Notes: a model not told the origin generated them from the letters alone. Numbered from the stretch's first letter, positions 24,417 to 36,394 are shown. The stretch: 64,000 nucleotides of DNA from Octopus sinensis (GCF_006345805.1 NC_043013.1:51832001-51896000); one strand, 5' to 3'. A program made the numbers and translations.

Positions 24417-24529
24417 GATAGATAGATTATAGATAGATAGATAACAAACAGAGAGAGATGGGGAGAGAGAGGAAAGAAAGAAAAGGAATAAAAAAGAAAG
24501 AAAGAACGGAAAGAAAGAAAAAAGAAGGA

Positions 24530-24569
<40 letters not shown>

Positions 24570-24580
24570 GAAGAGAGAAG

Positions 24581-27500
24581 CAGACTGACACCAAGAGATA
24601 GAACTAAGAGAGAGAATTCGCCGGAGGGACCTGATATCCGAGCTAAAGATGAGGAAACAAATGGGAGAGAAGGGTTTACGAATCCAAGATGGACAGATAA
24701 TCAAGACCTACCTCTGGTCCCATGCTGTAGTGCTGACAGGGAAAGTGATGTGAGGGCAAATCGAAGTGAAGTTGATACCCCCGTCAACGATGCTATCTCT
24801 GATGCCCTTTATTCTGCTTGTTCCCCAACTCCCGCCCCTCAGACTTCACAGCTCAGCATCGTCTACACCAACTCGTGCTCCTTATTCCCAAAGTTCAGTG
24901 TGAACTATTTACACTGGCCCTACGCGACTCCCCTGATGTGATAGCTATCACCGAGACTTGGCTGACTCCAGCAGTAAAGGACTCAGAGATCCACCTGCAG
25001 GGCTACGTCCTTTTCAGATGTGACAGAGGAAAAAGGCGAGGTGGAGGTGTTGCTGTGTATGTTAAGTCTGAGCACAAACCGTCCTGCGGTATTCTACCAA
25101 CAAATGCTCAACCTACAACCAAATTCGATGCCGTCTATTGCAAGCTGAGCCTATCTGAGTTTTGCCTGCCCGTGTTGGCTGTCTACAGGCCGCCTCTAGC
25201 CGACCCCCAGGACGATGCTCATCTACTCGAGGCGATAAGATTCGTTTCAGCTTCGCATGACTGCTTGGTACTAGGCGACTTCAACGCTCCCATGATCGAT
25301 TGGCCCGCATCAATTTGTACAACATCTTCCCGGTTCGGTCAGGCCCTTCTTGACGTGGCTGAAGATTGTTTTCTATCGCAACATGTTGAATATCCAACAA
25401 GGCATCGGTCTGGGCAGCAGCCATCTATGCTAGATCTGGTATTCTCCCGCTATCCAAGATCAGTGTCAGACGTATCTGTGTGCGCCCCTCTTGCCAAGAG
25501 TGATCATGCGGTCCTGAAGTTCGTCATGCACACAACTTTTTCCACGCCCACGATTACTTCGCTGCCACGTAGAGTCTTCTCTGCAATTAATCTTGAAATT
25601 CTAACCGAGGCTTCCGCGCTTCTGGACTGGCGTTCCCTGATGACGTTGTCCTCAGTTGACGAACTATGGTCATCCCTCAAAGCATATGTAATCTGTTTGA
25701 CTGACCAGGCAGTTCCCGTTGGACTTCCCAAGAGGAAGAAGAAACACAAGCCCTGGGTGACGAAGAAGGTTAAACGAGAACGTCGACTCAGAGATATTGC
25801 TTGGGCTGAATTCAAAAATCTGGATTCGACTGCAGCTTTTGAGGTGTACAAAACTCAACGAGACCGAGCCGTGAAAATTGAAAAGAAAGAACGCTTCAGT
25901 TATGAATACAAAATCGCGGCAAATGCCAGTAGCAATCCAAAAACCTTCTTTGCCCATGTCCAGCGGAATTCCCGCTTGAACAACCAGATTGTAACATTGG
26001 TAGACTCAACAGGCGTATCGATTGAGGACCCTTATCAACAGAGTCAATTATTTGCCGAGGCTTTTTCAACTATTTTCAAACAAGATGATGGTCGTGAACC
26101 CCCTCCATTTGATAGATCGGTACCTCCAATGCTTCGATTGATCATCACGCGGGACCAAGTCAAACGTGTTATTCAAGGCCTCGATGTCAACAAGGGTCAC
26201 GGCCCTGACGGCATACACCCACGGGTTATCAAAGCGTTGGCTCCGGTCATCTGCGAGCCCTTAACACGACTATTCAATATGTCATTGGCGACGGGTGTTA
26301 TACCTGCAGACTGGAGAACAGCGATAATCTGCCCAATTTTCAAAAAAGGGAGCCGCGAAGACCCGCTTAACTACCGACCGGTTTCCCTTACATCAATAAT
26401 CAGCAAGATGTTCGAAACATCCTTAAGAAAAGTATGATGCTCCACCTCCTAAGCACAGCCTCGATCACTGATTCCCAACACGGCTTCGTGCCGAAGAGAT
26501 CATGCTTGACCAACTTACTAGTAATGGAAGAATTGGTGACGCGCATCCTCGATGATAGTGATGCTGTTGACATCGTTTTATTGGACTTTGCCAAAGCTTT
26601 TGACTCGGTAAACCACCGCCTACTACTTGTCAAGCTTCAAGCATATAGTTTCCATCCGGATATTGTACGATGGGTTGGTGCCTTCCTCTCAGATCGCTCC
26701 TTCCAAGTTCAAGTTAATGGTTCGCGGTCCGACGTCTCCAGTGCGAGCAGTGGCGTGCCTCAAGGTTCAGTGCTTGGGCCCTTGTTGTTCTTAGTCTTCA
26801 TAAATGACTTGCCCGACAACCTCACGCAACACACCCTTCTATTTGCCGACGATATCAAACTGGTCGCTCCTCGCGGTAGTATAGAGGATCTTCGTCGATG
26901 CCTCCACCAAATTTGGAAGTGGTCTAACGATTGGGACCTGTGTCTGAACGTGTCAAAGTGCTGTCATCTGCCTGTCGGCTCTACTCCTACAACTCAACTT
27001 GATTTCGAGCCGGGTCGTCTGCTGCTGGAGAGGACCGATCAGGTAAAGGACCTGGGTATTGGTGGATTCCTCCTTTTCGCTTCGGCCCAGTGCGTCCATG
27101 CTGCCAACAAAGCGCGCGGAATTCTGTTTTTGATTCGACGGTCATTCGGAGTGCTCACAGCAGCCATATTCCTGCCACTCTATGTCACGCTGGTGAGACC
27201 ATATTGGAGTATGGGATTCAAGCCTCTTCTCCTTATCTCCTCAAAGACATACAGCACCTCGAAAGAGTCCAGAGGCTGGCTACCCGCCTGGTTCATGGTC
27301 TCAAAAATTTGTCCTACGAAGAAAGGCTGAGGACGCTCGACCTTTATTCTCTTGAAAAACGCCGCCGCCGTGGTGATCTCATTCTCGCCAACAACATCAT
27401 AAGCGGGAAGTGTAACCTCTCGAAAGAGCTGTTCTTCACTCCTGCTCCGGAGCGTCGGCTGCGGGGTCATTCCCAAAAGCTCTACCTGCGACGATTTCAT

Positions 27501-27726
27501 CTCAATCGAAGGAGAGGAGCTTTCTCCGTCCGGGTTGCGGATCCGTGGAACAAGCTGCCAGATGAGATGGTGAAGATGCCGACGACCGCTTTGTTCAAAG
27601 CCTCCCTGGACCTCAAGTGGCCTGAACTCTTTACATGAACACCACCCTGTACTTAACTCCATGTCCCCCTACATGGCCTTGCTATTTGCTTTTGAGCCAA
27701 ATTAACTAACTAACTAACTAACTAAC
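24581..27726 (+). mobile_element. 5'-truncated CR1-group LINE: end of ORF1, near-complete ORF2 (APE + RT), 3' UTR hairpin and (TAAC)6 tail
   Basis: ORF1 C-terminus RERIRRRDLISELKMRKQMGEKGLRIQDGQII ends at TGA 24751-24753. ORF2 has APE motifs IVYTN, IAITETW, VYRPP, GDFN, LDL and SDH, and RT motifs YRPVSLTS, DFAKAFDSV, GVPQGSVLGP and FADD. The tail is 27703-27726. Confidence 0.95.
24750..27638 (+). pseudogene. LINE ORF2 (endonuclease-reverse transcriptase) disrupted by small indels
   Basis: The frame is restored by removing a TG duplication near 24900 and adding single bases near 26420 and 27200. A compensated -2/-1 pair lies at about 27060-27082. No in-frame nonsense codon is seen in the reconstructed frame. 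Confidence 0.9.
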
Positions 27727-28444
27727 CGTAGAGTGAGTTTGTGTGCGCGTGCGCATGTGAACTTCCATAATGTATGAAAGCAACAAAGATTTTCGATTTC
27801 TTTTTTTACTTTTTGAATATTTTTTATTTAATTTTATTGTAAGGTAATAAATATATTTTCTTTTGAAAATTAGTATTAATTTCATAATTTTGTATCAGCA
27901 CCAAGAAATTCGCCGAAATACTGTAATTACTGGCATATACACCATATTTTGTGATATTATCCATGGTGGCAAAAATACACTTCCAAAGTTACCCATCAAA
28001 TGACGGATAACACTCTAGTTTCTATTTAATAATTACCTATATATTTTTTAAATTATTACCTCTAATTATCTATGTAAATAATATGGTGTATATATTGCCC
28101 TTAATAATTATGTATTATTCATAATTACCAGTGATGTTTTTAATGATCACCTCTAATTATCTCCGTAAATAATCTGGCGATATCAAACAAAATAAAACGA
28201 TCTATATTACGTTTAATAATTATGTACAACTTAGAGTTTTCATTACGAAAATGTTTAGCTATCTGTTTCACAAGAACTATCAAAGGGTCAGACGATCTTT
28301 ATTAGTTCTTGAAGAGATTCCCAAGAGCCAAACCAGTGCCATACCATATCAAGTTCTTTGCTCTAAATGTCATTAAATCTTGCAGTTAGATTAGCGAAAT
28401 CCTTAAAGAAACTCTTGAAGTTAGTTATTCAAGAACTCAATAAG

Positions 28445-28472
28445 AACGCCAGAATCATCATCATCATCATCA

Positions 28473-28538
<66 letters not shown>

Positions 28539-28591
28539 TCATTATCATTATCATTATCCTCATCATCATCATCATCATCATCATTATCATT

Positions 28592-28672
<81 letters not shown>

Positions 28673-28675
28673 TCG
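28445..28675. repeat. (CAT)n/(TAT)n microsatellite
   Basis: Directly visible. Confidence 0.95.
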
Positions 28676-28951
28676 TTTTGAAACAAAGTAGAAACTTCGT
28701 ACTTTTAGGAGGTCAAATGTAGATGTTGTGGTGTCCATGCTTTTCTATAGATTATGTACGGTCCATGTAAAGAGCAAAGGCTTCAGTTTGGATATGATGT
28801 CAATTTATTTCCGGTTCCATTGCGGGTCACCAAAAAAGCGCAAAGCAAAATGGTTTCTTTGTCGTCTTTGTTTCACTTATTGTCTTTCACGTGTTGCGAA
28901 TGTTGATGCTGCATAACACTAGGTGAACCCTGAATGGGAGACCCATGATTA

Positions 28952-29334
28952 TCTCTCTCTATATAAACGGCAGTTTGTCTGTGCGTATTTCTGTGTGTCT
29001 GTTTGCTTGTACCCTCACCCTGACCACGGCTTTCAACCGATTCTGATGAAACTTGACACACACATAGCCCAATGTCATAATTCAAAACTAACGCAGCGAA
29101 AATTTTGAAAAGTTCCCCCAGTTCTGAAAAAAATCGATAAATTCGACATGGGGTCGAGAATCAGGAACACAAACCACAAACTGTGTAGGGGACGCAACTC
29201 CACCTTTTTTAACTATAAAAAAAAATTTACCATCATTTTTTCCATTTTTTGGCTATTTTTTGGCTATAACTCTCTAAAAATGCTTTATAGTTATTTCCCT
29301 TACAAACCTGAGCAACGCCGGGCGATACTGCTAG
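28952..29334 (+). mobile_element. Non-autonomous Helitron
   Basis: A|TC 5' end, (GTCT/GTGT) tract, CGATTCTGATGAAACTTG motif, 3' hairpin CCTG-AGCAACGC-CGGG (29307-29322) and a CTAG|T end. It sits in an AT dinucleotide with no TSD. Confidence 0.85.
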
Positions 29335-29480
29335 TATATATATATATATATAACGGGAAGGTTTACGAAATTAAACAAAAGACGAAGGCAGGTTTACGTA
29401 AATAAACAAAAGACGAAGGCAGGTGGAATACAAACAAACAATTGTATTAGTATGGCGCTCAGGAATATAAATAAAACAAG

Positions 29481-29518
29481 TCTTTTACGTTTCGAGCATA
29501 CACTCTTCAACAGAAAGA
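29481..29518 (-). ncRNA. Minimal type-I hammerhead-like motif with variant core CUGUUGA
   Basis: Minus strand UCUUU-CUGUUGA-A-GAGU-GUAU-GCUC-GAAA-CG-UA^AAAGA: 5-bp stem I, 4-bp stem II, palindromic ACGU stem III. Confidence 0.55.
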
Positions 29519-29581
29519 TACACAGAAAAGAAACAAGGAGAGAAAAAAAATGCGTGCAGGAGCTAACGATTCAACATGGCG

Positions 29582-29629
<48 letters not shown>

Positions 29630-29802
29630 AAAATAAACAACAAGGATATCCTTGTTGCTTATTTTGATTGTAATCACCCTATTTTGAATTATATGGATAA
29701 TACCATACTAAATTCTGCTGCCTTTAACTTAAGTACCATATTCAGCTGAATCTAAATTTTACTGACCTTATATATTATTAATATTATTATTATTATTATT
29801 AC

Positions 29803-29833
<31 letters not shown>

Positions 29834-29840
29834 GTTATTA

Positions 29841-29907
<67 letters not shown>

Positions 29908-29911
<4 letters not shown>

Positions 29912-30232
29912 TAGTTTTATTTTTATAGCGTGCTTTCACTTCACTACCGAGCGCAGCTCTGTGTGCCTTGGGTATGTGCTGTGATTTGTTGTGATGCTCT
30001 GATGGTTATTGTATGGAAAGTGTTCTGCGTAGGATGCGTGCAGTGCCTAGTAGTGCAATTTTCTGTATGTTATATGTGTTTGTAAGTCCTGGTGTTTTTG
30101 TTATGTATTTGTCTGAATATTTTTTTATCATGCCTAATGCACCTACTATGATAGGAATTGTTTCTGTTTTCAGGTTCCACATTCTAGTTACCTCTATTTC
30201 CAGGTCTTTGTATTTTGAGAGTTTCTCCATTT
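29908..30232 (-). mobile_element. Dong/R4-type 3' fragment embedded in (TAA)n
   Basis: EKLSKYKDLEIEVTRMWNLKTETIPIIVGALG..IQKIALLGTARILRRTLS*, then a 3' UTR running into (AAT)n. Confidence 0.9.
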
Positions 30233-30276
30233 CTTTATTATTATTATTATCATTATCATTATTATTATTATTATTG

Positions 30277-30337
<61 letters not shown>

Positions 30338-30339
<2 letters not shown>

Positions 30340-30510
30340 TATGTTTGACTTTTGCTTTACAGTTGTACAAGTTGGCTCCAAGTCTCACCCAGAGACCTCA
30401 AGAGACAACAGGCTGGAAGTTCACGTTGTTGTTATGCCTAGTGTGCCATATATTGGGGGGGGGGTGTTTTAGGTATTGTTTTAGACTTCAGGTTCCACAT
30501 TTTGCTGATT
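30338..30510 (-). mobile_element. Second Dong/R4-type 3' UTR fragment in (TAA)n
   Basis: Reverse complement matches the 3' UTR at about 48715-48835 (GAGGTCTCTGGGTGAGACTTGGAGCCAACTTGTACAA). Confidence 0.8.
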
Positions 30511-30558
30511 TCTATTTCAAGATCTTTATATTTGCTCATATTATTATTATTATTATTA

Positions 30559-30636
<78 letters not shown>

Positions 30637-30642
<6 letters not shown>

Positions 30643-31006
30643 GGGACTAGTATACTTTCTTGCATTAAAGCAGTCTTCAAGGTCCCAGGTTGTGACAGGA
30701 GTGTTTCAATTTATATATATATATTGTTGTGTCTGGGGAGAGCCATTCTCTTATTATATATTATTCAAAGAAATTCCAACTCTGTTTTTTATGTTTTATT
30801 TATATTCTTTATAATATTAATGTAGAATATATAATATATAATATATATAGTAAAATGACATGAAGTATTGATTGTCTTAGATGAAATATTGAATATAAAA
30901 TATTAAGGGACTAGTATACTTTCTTGCATTAAAGCAGTCTTCAAGGTCCCAGGTTGTGACAGGAGTGTTTCAATTTATATATATATATTGTTGTGTCTGG
31001 GGAGAG
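30637..31006 (+). repeat. 106-bp identical direct repeat (30637-30742 and 30901-31006)
   Basis: Base-by-base comparison, including equal length of the internal (TA)n. Confidence 0.9.
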
Positions 31007-31179
31007 TCAATCTCTTTTAGTGCCTTATTATTTAACACACTCACCGGTAAAGTTTCCACTCATTTACTTGTCGGCTTCATCACATCATCTGATGAAACTT
31101 CAAAGTTACAACCAATCTTTCCCGTGTAAAAATAAAAGTTGGTACTCTACATAAATGGATTGAGTTTGGGATTGTTACA

Positions 31180-31620
31180 ATGAGGTGGGATGGTCGTTGT
31201 AGGGTGGGATGGTCGCAATGGGAGAGAGTTGGTCACAGCAGAAGGATGGGATCACCGCAGAACGGTATGTTCATTGTAAGACAGCAAAAGAGGATTGTCA
31301 CCACAGGACGGGAGGGTTACAATAGGATAGGATGATCGCATTAAGACAAGGTGATCATAGTTGGGGGTGATGGTCACAGTAGGACGGGTTGATAACAACA
31401 AGATAGGATGGTCTTACAGAACAAGTTCCTGCTGAGATTGACGGTATGATTATAGTCGGTGTGGGTGGTCACAAGGGACAGTCACAAGAAGGGATGATCA
31501 CAAGAGAAGAGGGTGATCATAGTCGCAGGGAGGGTCGTTGTAGGATGGGATGGTCACGGTAGGGTGGGATTGTAACAGCAGAAGCAGATCATCGTAACAT
31601 GACGGGTTGGTCACAAAAAG
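31180..31620. repeat. Degenerate ~20-bp minisatellite (GGATGGGATGGTCACAGTA-like)
   Basis: Recurrent GGGATGGTCAC / GGGATGATCAC units. Confidence 0.7.
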
Positions 31621-31889
31621 CGCGGTGTCCGTTGGCCACACATAAACATAAATAACAGCAGGAGGTGGCAGAAGGATTCTGTAGGAAATGGAGACGAAAA
31701 TCGTTGAAAAGTTGAAGGGTGGACGGGTGGGATGGTAGTGGTGGAGCGTTGTGTGTGTGTGTGTGTCTGTCTGTGTGTGCATTTGTATGTGCGTGTGTAT
31801 GTGTGAATGTGTGTGTATGTTTCTAAGACATGGTGATGGGTGTCCACAGTCTCCATGTCTAGACAACTTCCCGTCCGGCGCCAAATGCA

Positions 31890-32581
31890 TGGTTGTAGAG
31901 ATGATGGTGGTGGCGACGGTGATGGTGGTGGCGACGGTGATGGTGGTGTGGTGACGACGATGATGGTAGTGGTGGTGGCGGCGGCGATGATAGTGGTGGT
32001 GGTTGGGATGGCGATTAATGGTGGTAGTGGTGGTGGTGGTGGTGATGATGATGGTTATGGTTGTAGTGATGGTGGTCGTAGTGGTATTGGCGGCGGTAAG
32101 GACGATGGTGGTACTGATGGTGGTGATGCTGATAGTGGTGGTGGTGATGGTGTTGGTGGTGATGACGATAGTGGTGGTGGTGGTGATTAAGTTATTGTTG
32201 CCGATGATGGTGTTGGTGGTGGTAGGTTTGAGGTGATTCATTGTGGAGGATGCTAGTGTTGGTGGTGTGCGAGTCACAGTGGTGATGTTGATAGTGTTGG
32301 TGGTAGTGGTGATGATGTTGGTTAACAATCGCGACCGACCGTATGGGCAGTAGTTAGAAGTGGTGTAAGTCGTAACGTTGTTAGTGTTGATATTAGTGGT
32401 AGCCATATGTTGTGGTTGTTGTGTAGCTCCAAGTCGGCATTGGTCCAGAAAACCTATCATTTTATTGATACCGTTCATTGCACTGTGGCCATGCTGGGGC
32501 ACAGATAAATTATCAGAGCGGTCTATATTGTTAAAGACGGTAGCTCCACCTAGTAGAACACTACTGTTCATTCCGTTATAT

Positions 32582-32631
<50 letters not shown>

Positions 32632-32776
32632 TTACTAGTACTACTACTATTATTATTACTACTACTACTATGATTATTATTACTGCTATCATTATTACAA
32701 TTATTATTATCATTACTACTACTATTACTACTACTACTACTACTACTATTACTACTACTACTACTACTACTACTAC

Positions 32777-32816
<40 letters not shown>
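31890..32816. repeat. (GGT/GAT)n, (TAC)n and (TAT)n microsatellite field
   Basis: Directly visible. Confidence 0.9.
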
Positions 32817-32818
<2 letters not shown>

Positions 32819-33119
32819 GGCGGCGAGTTGGCAGAAATGCTTAGCGGTATTTCCCCCATTCGCTACGTTCTGAGTTCTAATTCCGCCGAGGTCGATATTA
32901 CCTTTCATCCTTTCGGGGACGATAAATTAAGTACCAGTTGAGTAATGCGGTGGATGTAATCGTCTATCCCTCTACCCCAAATTCCAGGCCTTGTGCCTAT
33001 AAGAGCAAGGATTATTATTGTTGCTGCTATTGTATTTGTTGTTGTTTTTGTCCTAGAAGTGCTGTGGCTCCACCTAGCGGACGATCATGCATAATACTTG
33101 CTTAAAAGAAACGTTGTGT

Positions 33120-33600
33120 AAGGCTGGGTATAAAGATATAAAGTAAACTACGAAACAAAGCAAAATTTTAGTTTTTACCTTATATTTCAATATTTCGGGG
33201 CTATGAGCCCTTCTTCAGCACATGTGGAAAAGCGAGAGATGGAGAAGATCGTTGCTGTAGCTTAGGTGTGTGAGAGAGGAAGGTGACATGCGCAGATTGG
33301 TGTTGCTATAGAAAGCAGTCTGCTTTGTGTAGTTCTTTTACGTTGTTAATAAATGGGCTCAGTTTGTTAATAAGGAGGTCCTCCATGAATCTGAGATTGT
33401 TCCTGTCGTGTTGGTGGACCTGATGGAAATCCTGAAATCCTGGGTCTGGCACATCTTTAGGTGTTTTTTTGATTTAAGTGTCTGTGTGCATACGCTCTTT
33501 CATTGAACGTGCAATTTACAGCCAGACACCCCACATTTACTGCAGACTGCCTCGTATACCAACAGCATAGGCCTATGCCTCACCAAAACTACTCCATAAT
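33120..33600 (-). mobile_element. Penelope-like element 3' relic: GIY-YIG C-terminus plus hammerhead-like motif
   Basis: LVYEAVCSKCG..LHV..; RNNLRFMEDLLINKLSPFIN..*. Downstream is CTGAAGA-A-GGGC-TCATA-GCCC-C-GAAA (33193-33218). Confidence 0.65.
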
Positions 33601-33769
33601 TCTTACTCTCCCATATAGGCGGTGATGGCGGTAGATGGCCCCTGACCAAGCCAAATTCTTCAGACTTATCTATGATCATAGGTATTCACAACGTAAATAT
33701 ACCATCGGCTTTTGTTTCTTCATACTTTGCTCAGTGCATCTAGGAATACATTATCTAATATGTGTGTGT

Positions 33770-33826
<57 letters not shown>

Positions 33827-33869
33827 ATATATATGGTGGATTCTCTATGGACACAAATGTGTCTCTTGA

Positions 33870-34770
33870 GGATTGCTGGTGCTTTGCAAACTTTTTGGCA
33901 AAAGGAACAAGTTGAGTCAATTTGCTCGAGTGCTTATGAATCATTTACAATGTGTTTCCCTCAGTGGACGACAAAGCTTGCTTTGCTTCGTGCCACAAAA
34001 CCACAACGACAGCTTTCCATTTAAAGGAGCAGCATTTTGCCAGCGTGGGTCAATCATGCTTGCACAAAGTTGGTCCCGATGTTTGAGTCGACTTTGATCA
34101 AATCTTTGACTAAGGAAAAACAGGACTGGCGCCAGGTCCTGCGTTTTGATGCTTTGTTTTCCCAGGAAGGAAAGGGATTGTTGCATCGCTTCAGAATACT
34201 TTTTAGCCTGTTTTTTGAAACGGAAGAATGGCCTTCCAACTGACTTTCCTATTGGGAATTGGTCAAAGAGAATTTTCTTGGGAATTCTGATATCTAAGCT
34301 GTATTTTAATAAGGATGGCTTCTGTACCTGATATGTTCGCATTTCTTTAGTACCTCACTGTTATGAATATGGTCACTCGGTTTTATGTTGGAGATAGCAG
34401 GCAAACATTGCATATGAAAAGCGGCAAGCTGGTTGATGGGCTTTAGGTACAGGGTCCAAGATTCATCAACGTAAAGAACTGATGTGAAAACCACTGACTT
34501 ATATACATTGACTTTCACCTTCAACGATGCGTCGTGGCTGTTCAAAAGCCTGTGATAAACCTGACCGAAAGTGAAAGTAGCCTTCCCGATTCTGGACTCA
34601 ATTCCTTTATCCATCTTAGCATCACTGGACACAATGCAGCCAAGATAAGTGAAGGAGGAAACAGTTTTTAATGTTCTCCCATCAACATACACAGAAGGGC
34701 AACAACGGAGGATGGTCACGAATGGGCTAATGGACAAGCTCGGTTTTCTGGATGCTGATGGTCAGACCAA
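33870..34770 (-). mobile_element. RTE (BovB-like clade) LINE ORF C-terminal relic
   Basis: VSSFTYLGCIVSSD..IESRIGKA..KVNVYKSVV..LY..ESWTLY..FH..CL..D.I.N.EVL, then RIPKKILF..GRPFFRFK. Confidence 0.9.
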
Positions 34771-35105
34771 AAGCCTTCGATTCACGTGATTATATATATA
34801 TATACGTTTATGAATTTGTGCTTCCAGATTCCTGATGTAAAGTCGTGTGTTAAAACAAATACTAGTTGCATTTCAGTTAGTTATTTTGCGCCTTCATGTG
34901 TGCTCTTGCTCTCTTGATCAATGGAATAAGCAGAGCCAGAGAACACATGAAAACGGAAAGTGTCGTTGAGGAGGTCACAGATGTGTGACGAAAGATTTCC
35001 GGACACTGGACATGAGTTAGAATAAGAACTGTAATAAACAGGTGAAGAACGAATATATAGAGCGTGTGTTTATTTGGTAAAAAAAAATGACCAGCCCGAA
35101 ATACA

Positions 35106-35185
<80 letters not shown>

Positions 35186-35442
35186 ATGCACCCTTTATTC
35201 CTTTGGAATGAAACCATGTTGTCTTCGAAACATATGTCGAGAGTAAAGGAATTTTGTTAACATCCTCGTTCGACTCCATTCTTTCATTTATTCATATACA
35301 ACACACAAATTTCTGCACATGAACCCGGAGTTTCTACCCTTGGACAGGTCGCTTCAACCGTGCTTCTGACGTGAATTTGCTACCCTGGTTTCGGTTCAAC
35401 GAATTTTCTATGCTGACGATAAACATAGGATAATTCATTCAC

Positions 35443-35490
<48 letters not shown>

Positions 35491-35806
35491 ATATATATAT
35501 ATATATTCTTTTTTCTCATATTCTATTACTTGTTTCAGCCATTTGACTTCGGCCATACTGAAGCACCGGTTTTAGTCGAACAAATCGACCCCGTGACTTA
35601 TTCTTTGTAAGCCTAGTACTTACTCTATCGGTCTCTTTTGCCGAACCACTAAGTTACGATGACTTGAACACACCAGCATCGGTTGTCAAGCGATGCTGGA
35701 GGACAAACACACATACACACACACACACACATATATATATAATATGAATATTAATATCAGTAGATGATAGATACATAGACAGACAGACAGATAGCTTGCT
35801 AGATAG

Positions 35807-35837
<31 letters not shown>

Positions 35838-36009
35838 GATATTTGGTACATGTATTTTAAACGGTAATGACGATGCGATGTTTATTTTAGTGAGAGCAAC
35901 CAGCCAGCACGGACGTCTACAACAAACCTTAAGATAAAGATATTTAATTACACATGCTAACTAAAATGGCTGTAATAAAAGCTAAATGGCTTCATGACAC
36001 ATCCTTCCC

Positions 36010-36052
<43 letters not shown>

Positions 36053-36362
36053 GTTAGCGAAAGGAAGTGGAAGGAAGTGTCGTCTGCTAATAAACTAAGG
36101 TGAAAGCTATCGTCTGCTAAATGGAAGAAGCAGTTTACAAACTCATCAATTTGTATCGTTATAACGGAATGGTTGTCGACTAATGGGACAACATATGTAC
36201 GTGTGTCTGTACTTACATACATTATCCATACACACATGCACATACACACACACATACACATGTGTATGTATGTATGTGTATAGATAGACAGATACACACT
36301 CACACAAGCACAAACATCCAAACGTGTATATATATATATATATATATACATACATATATACA

Positions 36363-36394
<32 letters not shown>

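Noticed and set aside
31498-32571. 357-aa Thr-rich mucin-like ORF and the Gly/Asp-rich ORF on the opposite strand
   Set aside because: Produced by GGT/GAT trinucleotide repeats that lack stops. No splice or domain support.
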